Shown here one piece after another: positions 57,548 through 64,000 of a DNA stretch of 64,000 nucleotides. Origin of the DNA: an uncultured Solirubrobacterales bacterium (GTDB lineage: Bacteria; Actinomycetota; Thermoleophilia; Solirubrobacterales; Solirubrobacteraceae); contig OY970282.1 of the NCBI GenBank assembly GCA_963715925.1, positions 365,891 to 429,890 of the forward strand, in the 5' to 3' direction. The notes below the pieces were generated by a model, which worked only from the letters and a program-made list of their open reading frames with translations, was not told where the DNA came from and searched no databases. How positions within the stretch are numbered: the first letter of the stretch is position 1; the number at the start of each line of letters is the position of its first letter. A program made the position numbers and the translations under genes.

Positions 57548-60032
57548 GCGCTGTGCCCGCCCGCGCCCGCTTGGCGTGCCTCGCCCCACCGGCCTTCCTG
57601 TGCCTCTTGGCCCTGTGCCGCTTCTTCGCCGGGCGCTGCTTCTTCGTCGTGCGCTTCTTCGGTGGCGGCTTCGTTGCTTGCGGCTGTGGCGGCGGGAAGT
57701 TGCCGACGCCATCGAAGGTCACGCTCGCGGGGGCTTCGAAGGCCGTCGGCGGGAATGGCGCTCCCTGACAGCCCGTGCCCGTGCACTGCGCTTCGGACGG
57801 CGGCCGCATACCACCGACGTGCGCATCGTAGACGTCCAGGTTGTCGTTGCCGTCCTGCTGCACGAGCTGCGCGCGGGTCACGAAGAACACGTCGTCGCCG
57901 CTGGCGCTCGCGCCGATGAAATACGACGGGTTGGGGCTCGCGCCGCCCGAGAGCAAAAAGATGCAGCCCTTGCTGTTCAGGCAGCTGCCGGTGCCCTCGC
58001 GCTCCCACTCGTACACGTCCACCTTGCCGTTGGTGTCTTCCGGGACCAGCGCTTCGTTGGTCTCAAAGAACACACGGCTGCCGTCATCGGTGATCCACCG
58101 CGGCTGATAGGTGGGATGGTGCCTCCCGCTGGTGGGCAGATAGCTCACCCCGGACGGCGGTTCCCCGGAGGGATTGCACGACGCGCACGAGAGCTGGCCC
58201 GATACCGCGTCGTACACGTACACCTCGCTCGAGCCCCTGCTGTCATAGCCGGTGGGGTTGGTTTCCGACTCGAACACGACAGCCTGACCGTCCGGCGTCA
58301 CCTCGGCCGTACGGACTCCCAGATCGGGCCACCAGTCACCGACATAGAAACAGGCGTAGGTGACTTCGTTGAAGTCCGACGTGGCGATGAAGCTCGTCGT
58401 GCCGTCGTGGCTCAGGTAGATGTTGTGCTGGCCGGCGGTCGCGCCCGCGGCGAGCTTGGCGTCAGCGACGAAGTAGACGTATTCGCCGTTTTCGCTCGCG
58501 CCGATCACTCCCTGCACTTCGCCGCCGGGCGCGAGATCGCTCGTCTGTTCGTTGTTCACGTCGAACTCATAAAGCGCTCCCGCCTTGATGAAGAACGCCC
58601 GCGAGCCGTCCGCGCTCGCCGCCCAGTATTCCCCGCCGCCTCCGACCGCCGCGTCGACCTGAACCGTCTTCGCCGCGGGGGTGCCGCCGTTCTCCTGGAC
58701 GAACAGCCTTGTCGTCCCCGCCGGATTTTCCGCTGTCACCGCGGTACTCAGATCGGTCCAGAAGACACGCGAGCCATCCGCGGAGATGACACCACTCAAG
58801 TTAGGCCGTTTTGAGGCGAACCCGCCGCATCCGCTGGGTTCGCCGGGCTCCGGCGGGTAGCTGCCGAACGTCGCTTCCGGCGCAGGCTTGCCGTCCGGCA
58901 GCACGTTGACCGAGGTCAGCTGGCCTTCGACAGAATCGTAGAGATTGTTGTTTCCCGCTGGATTGTATTCGGCTTGCGCCGTCAGGGCGTCGTCCTCCTC
59001 GAACAGGACATGACTGAAATCCGAGGAGGCGCCCGCGTATAGGGGCAAGTATGTAGCTCCAAATCCATGTTTTTCTTCTTCTTTCAGCCAGCTTCCGCCA
59101 GCCCCTGCTCCTTCTTCGATCCAACCATATCCATCTTTGGGACCGCGATGTGGCGGTTTCTCCGCGATCAGCGCCCGGTAGCTGCCGTCGCTGTTCTCGC
59201 GCGCATAGAGTTCGTGGTATGCAACCTGCCCCCCCGGCGCAAGCGGAGGCTTTTCCGAGTTGAAAAAGCCGCCCTCGGTGAGGGCCCCGACCGACAGGTC
59301 GGGGGAGAATTCCTCATATTCCGGGAGGACGTAGCCGAGCGGCGTGAGGTTCTGAGTCTTCCAGCCGTTCGCGGTGCGGGTCGACAGGTACTCGTTGCCA
59401 CCGTCTTCACCGACATTGCCGTCTCCTTCGAAGGACGGATCGCCGGCGTACGCCACCCCGTCGCCGTCGACCGACACCTGGAATGGTTCTTCGGTGACGG
59501 TTTCCCCTTCCACGGGGGACCTATGGTTAAAGGTGTTTCCCTGCGGCACGTAGGCGTCCGCATTGTTGTTTTCGGGGGGGGTGACCATTTCGAAGATACG
59601 GTTGTCGGGCAGGGCAGCGCTGGATGCCGGGTATGTGGTAAAGGCCGTGTCGGGGCCGTCCGTCGTGCCGCCCGCGCCCGTCGTATCGGCCGCGACGAAA
59701 CGGAAGTGATATTCGGTTTCCGGTTGCAGACCGCTCAGCAGCGCCCGTGCTTGCACCTGCCCACTCTGTCCTTCAGCGACGCTTACCTGCGCCGTCTTGG
59801 ACCCGTACTGAGCGGTCGGCCCGTATTCGAAGTAGTAAGCGCTCGCGAGCCCTTCGGGTTCGAACTGGGCGCGCACCGTAGCCGCGGCCGAGCCGACTTT
59901 TTCGAAGGTCTCGCTGTTTTCGAGGATCAGCGGTCCGGCTAGCGCCCTCGCGCTCCCGAGCGCGAGCAGGCAGGCGAACGCGAGCAGCACACTCGCGAGC
60001 GCGCAGCGGGCCGTGTGGTGGTGCTGGGTCAT
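57510..60032 (-). CDS. Large secreted FN3 plus beta-propeller-like protein, family B (840 aa), basic tail
   Basis: Signal peptide; YYFEYG...GLQPETEYHFRFVA (FN3-like); repeated S-x-DGSR/VFF blades; tail rich in K/R. Confidence 0.78.
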   Translation of the reverse strand: MTQHHHTARCALASVLLAFACLLALGSARALAGPLILENSETFEKVGSAAATVRAQFEPEGLASAYYFEYGPTAQYGSKTAQVSVAEGQSGQVQARALLSGLQPETEYHFRFVAADTTGAGGTTDGPDTAFTTYPASSAALPDNRIFEMVTPPENNNADAYVPQGNTFNHRSPVEGETVTEEPFQVSVDGDGVAYAGDPSFEGDGNVGEDGGNEYLSTRTANGWKTQNLTPLGYVLPEYEEFSPDLSVGALTEGGFFNSEKPPLAPGGQVAYHELYARENSDGSYRALIAEKPPHRGPKDGYGWIEEGAGAGGSWLKEEEKHGFGATYLPLYAGASSDFSHVLFEEDDALTAQAEYNPAGNNNLYDSVEGQLTSVNVLPDGKPAPEATFGSYPPEPGEPSGCGGFASKRPNLSGVISADGSRVFWTDLSTAVTAENPAGTTRLFVQENGGTPAAKTVQVDAAVGGGGEYWAASADGSRAFFIKAGALYEFDVNNEQTSDLAPGGEVQGVIGASENGEYVYFVADAKLAAGATAGQHNIYLSHDGTTSFIATSDFNEVTYACFYVGDWWPDLGVRTAEVTPDGQAVVFESETNPTGYDSRGSSEVYVYDAVSGQLSCASCNPSGEPPSGVSYLPTSGRHHPTYQPRWITDDGSRVFFETNEALVPEDTNGKVDVYEWEREGTGSCLNSKGCIFLLSGGASPNPSYFIGASASGDDVFFVTRAQLVQQDGNDNLDVYDAHVGGMRPPSEAQCTGTGCQGAPFPPTAFEAPASVTFDGVGNFPPPQPQATKPPPKKRTTKKQRPAKKRHRAKRHRKAGGARHAKRARAGTARAGLASRKGERS

Positions 60033-62815
60033 CGCTTCCTCCTGCGCTTAGCCTTCTGCTTGTGGCGCTCACGCCTGTGCTTTGCGCGCTTGGCTTTCGG
60101 GCAGCCGCTGACGGTGAGCTTGGTCGCCTGGTCGATCACGGCGCCGTTGTGAGCGGCCAGTTCGGTGGGGGCCGTGAGCGCGCCCTTGCAGAGGCTCCCG
60201 TTCGCCGCGAACGCGGAGTGCGGACCCTCGGGGAGCACCAGTTCCAGGGAGGAGATCGGGACGTCGGGGAGCACTGTGAACGCGACCGTCGTCACCTGGT
60301 TCTTGCTGATCGATGTCGTGGCGTCCAGGTCGAGGGTGAGCCCGCCCCCTTGCAGCACGATGTTCAGCGAGGGGTACGTTTCGCCGGTGTGCGCGACGAG
60401 ATACGCGGGGCCGCTCAGCGGGGCTCCCAGTATCGGTGTGGCAGCGCTCGCGTGCCCGACGAGCGACGCGGCGGGGCACCCCGCGGGGTCCGCTTCGAAG
60501 ACCCCAGCAGCGCAGGCCTGCCTCAGCGTCGCCTGGCGCGAGGGCAGCTGCTTGGGCAGCTGCAGCTTGACGCCCCGCAGGTTCGACTGGTTACTCGCGA
60601 GGACCGTCCCTTCCCGGTCGGGCGGATAGGAGATCGTCGCCTGCAGGCTCGCGCCCTGCTGCTTTGAGGTCTTCGCTGAGGTGGAGAGCGCCAGCGAGGG
60701 CGTGAACTTCAGGCTCTGACAGGAGCCGACCCCGAACGGTGTGGAGATCGCGACAGTCGCGCCTTCAACGCTGCTCGCAGTCCCCTGGAAAGACGACGCG
60801 CCGCAGTCGGTCGGGTTGAAAATGAACCCGGGGCGGTCGAGGACCGCATACAGCGTACGCAGATCCAACGGGACACCGTCGAGGATCGTCGGCAGCGCGT
60901 CAGTGGTGATCGTCAGCTGCGCGGTGTGGGGGTCCACTTCGATCCGGGCGCGTAGGACCCTCGCCCCCAGGTCATACGGGCCCGCGATGAACGGCACGAC
61001 GACCGCCAACCCATACGGCGCGCCCTCATACGGGCCCGTCAAGTAGATCGGGATCTGCGCCTGCCCAGGCCCCGGCAGGAACAACGGGTAGCCACCCGGG
61101 CCCATACCAAGAACGGCGTGCCCGACCTGCGAGGCCGCGGGGCACGCGCCCTGCGCGGCCTGCCCTTCACCGCACAACGGGACGCTACCGATCATCCCCA
61201 ACACGCCCGGCGGCGCCTTCACCTGGAAGCCCGAGAGACGCTGCTGCCCGTCGGGGCGCGCCAGCAGAATCGAGAGGCTCGCGAAACCACCCGCGCCATC
61301 GTTGCTGGACCCCGCCGTCAACGACGGTGTGAACGGCGGCGGAAAGACACACGCGCCGCCTCCCGGGCCACGCGTAACTTCGATACTGCTCGTTTCCAGG
61401 ACATCCAGCACTCCGGGTGTCGCCCACGGCGTCAAATCCGAACTAGCCGTATACACGCCGCACGCCCTAGGCGTCACGAGCGCGGCCTGCCCGCCGCCGC
61501 TGAGGGAGACCCGCAGTTCGCTGATCGGCAGCAGCGGCGCCTGCGGGAAAGACAACGTCACCCGGCCAGTCGCTTCATCAAGCGCTACGACACCCCGCAG
61601 CTTCATGTTCACGCCGTCCGCGGACCCCGAGAGCAGCAGCTGCAAGTCGGGCGGGCTCGACGGCAGCGCATACACCCCGCCTTCCAAGGTATCCGGGAGC
61701 ATCGGCGTGGAGATCTGCACCGTCCCGACCTGCGAGGTCCCCGGGCACGACGGCGGACCTTCACCCCCAAGCCCACTCTGCGCCAACGGACACGACACCA
61801 ACCCCTCCGCGCGCACAGGGTCAAACACGAGACCTTCAGGGAGCACCACCGTCGCATCCTGAATATCCGAGGGGCCCAACTGCCCCCCCACCAGCAAGCC
61901 TTCCGGGGGCGCCTTCACATCGAGCGTCAACCCCGTCGCAGTATCCGCGTCTTCGGTTTCCGTCGACACCGACACCGTCGGCGCGAACCTCAAACGATTA
62001 CAACCCCCAACCCCGATCAGGCCACCACCGCTACCCGGCGCTTCGTGCGAGAGGAATGACGCTTCGGCGTACTGCGCTTCGTCCTGCCACGTGTTCGCGC
62101 TCACCGCGAACCCGAGCGGTTCCCCGCACGCGGTCGGCAGCGTCAGGAACGGCCCGCCGAACAGCGTGATCCGCCCCCCCACGATCCGCTTCGAGGGGAG
62201 ATCCGGGAGATCAAGAACGTCCAGATCGATCCCGCCTTCAGCGGGGCTCAGCGCGCCGGTGCGCAGGCTGATGTACGCCAGCACGTCCGCGCCGGCGAAC
62301 CTGAACGCGAGCTCCGCCGGCGCCGACCCCGGCGGGACCATGTTATACACCGCGCTCCGTTCTTCACCAGGCACCCCCGCGGAAACCGTTTCCAGGGCGA
62401 CTTCACCGACCTGATCCCCGCAAGTCCCTTCGTCCAGTTCCCGCCGGGTGCAGCGCCCCACCGCGTCCGCGTTCACGACCAGACCCACCGGGAGGCTCAA
62501 CGTCAAATCCCGCAGATCCCCGCCCGCGCTACCCAACGCTTCACCGAACTGGCCCCGCTGGAGATTCAAACCGAACGAGAAACTCAACGCCCCCGGGTGC
62601 GACCCAGCCTGCATTTCACCTTCCCCGTTTTCACCCAGCGACCCATTGAAACCCCCTTCCCCATTCAAACCCTTGCCTTCTCCACGAAACCCAAACCCAG
62701 ACGGCGTCGCCGGGAACGCGAACACGGACGCCGGGCCGCACAGCGACACCACGAGCAGCGCACACAGCGCCAGCAGGCCGGCGGGCAGCGCCCTACGTAT
62801 GGAGCGCCCGCTCAC
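60029..62815 (-). CDS. Large secreted Cys-rich repeat protein, family A paralog (928 aa)
   Basis: Colinear with 54694..57471 (QAGSHP, YLTGPYEGAPYG, FNPTDC, LRQAC); basic tail. Confidence 0.8.
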   Translation of the reverse strand: MSGRSIRRALPAGLLALCALLVVSLCGPASVFAFPATPSGFGFRGEGKGLNGEGGFNGSLGENGEGEMQAGSHPGALSFSFGLNLQRGQFGEALGSAGGDLRDLTLSLPVGLVVNADAVGRCTRRELDEGTCGDQVGEVALETVSAGVPGEERSAVYNMVPPGSAPAELAFRFAGADVLAYISLRTGALSPAEGGIDLDVLDLPDLPSKRIVGGRITLFGGPFLTLPTACGEPLGFAVSANTWQDEAQYAEASFLSHEAPGSGGGLIGVGGCNRLRFAPTVSVSTETEDADTATGLTLDVKAPPEGLLVGGQLGPSDIQDATVVLPEGLVFDPVRAEGLVSCPLAQSGLGGEGPPSCPGTSQVGTVQISTPMLPDTLEGGVYALPSSPPDLQLLLSGSADGVNMKLRGVVALDEATGRVTLSFPQAPLLPISELRVSLSGGGQAALVTPRACGVYTASSDLTPWATPGVLDVLETSSIEVTRGPGGGACVFPPPFTPSLTAGSSNDGAGGFASLSILLARPDGQQRLSGFQVKAPPGVLGMIGSVPLCGEGQAAQGACPAASQVGHAVLGMGPGGYPLFLPGPGQAQIPIYLTGPYEGAPYGLAVVVPFIAGPYDLGARVLRARIEVDPHTAQLTITTDALPTILDGVPLDLRTLYAVLDRPGFIFNPTDCGASSFQGTASSVEGATVAISTPFGVGSCQSLKFTPSLALSTSAKTSKQQGASLQATISYPPDREGTVLASNQSNLRGVKLQLPKQLPSRQATLRQACAAGVFEADPAGCPAASLVGHASAATPILGAPLSGPAYLVAHTGETYPSLNIVLQGGGLTLDLDATTSISKNQVTTVAFTVLPDVPISSLELVLPEGPHSAFAANGSLCKGALTAPTELAAHNGAVIDQATKLTVSGCPKAKRAKHRRERHKQKAKRRRKR

Positions 62816-63999
62816 GACCGCCCGCCCTTCCGGCTTGCGGGCCGCTTGACGCTCTTGCGCCTCCCAGCAGCGGACTTCCGCGCATGCTTTGCCCGCCTGT
62901 GCCGCTTCGCTTTCCGCTTCGGCTTCGCTGGGGCTTCCACGGACGGCGGGAAGTTACCCACGCCAGCGAACGTCGCGCTCGGCGGCGCCGCAAAGATCGG
63001 CGGCGCGCTCAACGCCTCAACACACGCTTCGCCCGCACATCCCGCCGGGGAGGAAGGCGGCGCGCCTTCGACGCGATCGTCATACAGATGCTCGCTTTCG
63101 TCCTTGTCCTGGGAAACCAGCCGCGCATCGCTGACGAAGAACACGTCATCGCCGTTCGCGCTCGTATCCACCAGGTAGGAGCCCGTACGGCTAGTAGCAC
63201 CCGAGAGCAGATAGTCGCACCCCACGCCTTCCGCGCACGCGCCCTCACCGTCGCGCTCCCACTCGTACACATCCTGCTGGTTATTAGAGTCAGCGGCGAC
63301 CAGCGGCTCGAACGTGTCGAAGAACACACGGCTGCCGTCTTCGGAGATAAACCGCGGCATGTACGTACGACTCCACCCGACCGGCAGATACGCCGCCGCT
63401 TTGACTTTGACTTTGCCGCCCGCGGCTTCGACTTCGCTCACCGGCGGGCGCTCCCCACTACGATCACACGACGCGCAGAACAACCCCCCGCCCGGTTCAG
63501 AGTCATACACGAACACCTCCGCCAGCGCCCGGCCTTCACTGTTTTCACTGTCATAATGGGTGAGCGGGCGCACCGACTGAAAGACAACGCTGCCGCCGTC
63601 CGGGGTGAGCTCCGCCGTGCGATGCCCCAGACCGGGCTCCCAATCACCGAAGCTCCCCGCGCCCACCGCATACTGCGCCGTCCCCTCATCTTCAGGGGAC
63701 AGCGTCGCGACGAACCTCGTCACGCCCGCATGACGCAGATAGAGATTCGGCTGGCCCGCAGTCGGGCTTTCCTGCGTCTGCGCATTTTCGCCCGCCAGCA
63801 CACCACCAGCCACGAAATAAACATAGGAGCCGTCTTCACCGGTTTCGTTGACACCGACCACACCCAGCACTTCCGCATGTGCGGCAGACGTCAAATCCGT
63901 CAGTTCGCCTCCGGGGACATCGTATTCGTAGAGATTCACGCCGCTGCCCGTCTGCGTGCTCGCCGTCAGCCCCGCGGCGTCGCCGTCGGTGAAGAAGAC
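62812..63999 (-). CDS. Family B beta-propeller-like paralog, 5' end outside the window
   Basis: Frame open to the window edge. TAELTPDG, RFISEDGSRVFF, DVYEWER, SANGDDVFF match 57510..60032. Confidence 0.78.
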   Translation of the reverse strand, partial: VFFTDGDAAGLTASTQTGSGVNLYEYDVPGGELTDLTSAAHAEVLGVVGVNETGEDGSYVYFVAGGVLAGENAQTQESPTAGQPNLYLRHAGVTRFVATLSPEDEGTAQYAVGAGSFGDWEPGLGHRTAELTPDGGSVVFQSVRPLTHYDSENSEGRALAEVFVYDSEPGGGLFCASCDRSGERPPVSEVEAAGGKVKVKAAAYLPVGWSRTYMPRFISEDGSRVFFDTFEPLVAADSNNQQDVYEWERDGEGACAEGVGCDYLLSGATSRTGSYLVDTSANGDDVFFVSDARLVSQDKDESEHLYDDRVEGAPPSSPAGCAGEACVEALSAPPIFAAPPSATFAGVGNFPPSVEAPAKPKRKAKRHRRAKHARKSAAGRRKSVKRPASRKGGRS

Positions 64000-64000
64000 C

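Overview
High-GC actinobacterial DNA, most consistent with Thermoleophilia/Solirubrobacterales (inferred from gene content and the paralogous secreted proteins at the right end). (1) Bases 1-13.4 kb look like a defence island at the 3' end of tRNA-His(GTG). It has AbiEi-type antitoxin / nucleotidyltransferase genes on + and, converging on them, a four-gene operon with overlapping gene junctions on -: a coiled-coil-fused beta-CASP metallo-nuclease, two uncharacterised proteins, and a 1838-aa SF2 helicase with a DUF1998-like end resembling Druantia DruE. This operon is the best candidate for an undescribed system. (2) Bases 13.5-54.7 kb are mostly core chromosome: ridA, two TAP-like hydrolases, YyaL-like protein, glnA, cytochrome c, ABC exporter, pfkB, pyrF, rdgB-rph-murI, GT4, nadB, oxoprolinase A/B, mec-cysM, GMC oxidase, cysO-moeB, amidohydrolase, a degenerate SCO protein and rrf2-sufC-sufD. 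This stretch is rich in small repeats, including a 54-bp palindromic element inserted in frame into an enzyme gene and also present between genes. (3) Bases 54.7-64 kb are an alternating tandem array of two families of large secreted proteins with basic tails. No CRISPR array, rRNA, integrase or transposase was seen. All family calls come from motif reading, not database searches.
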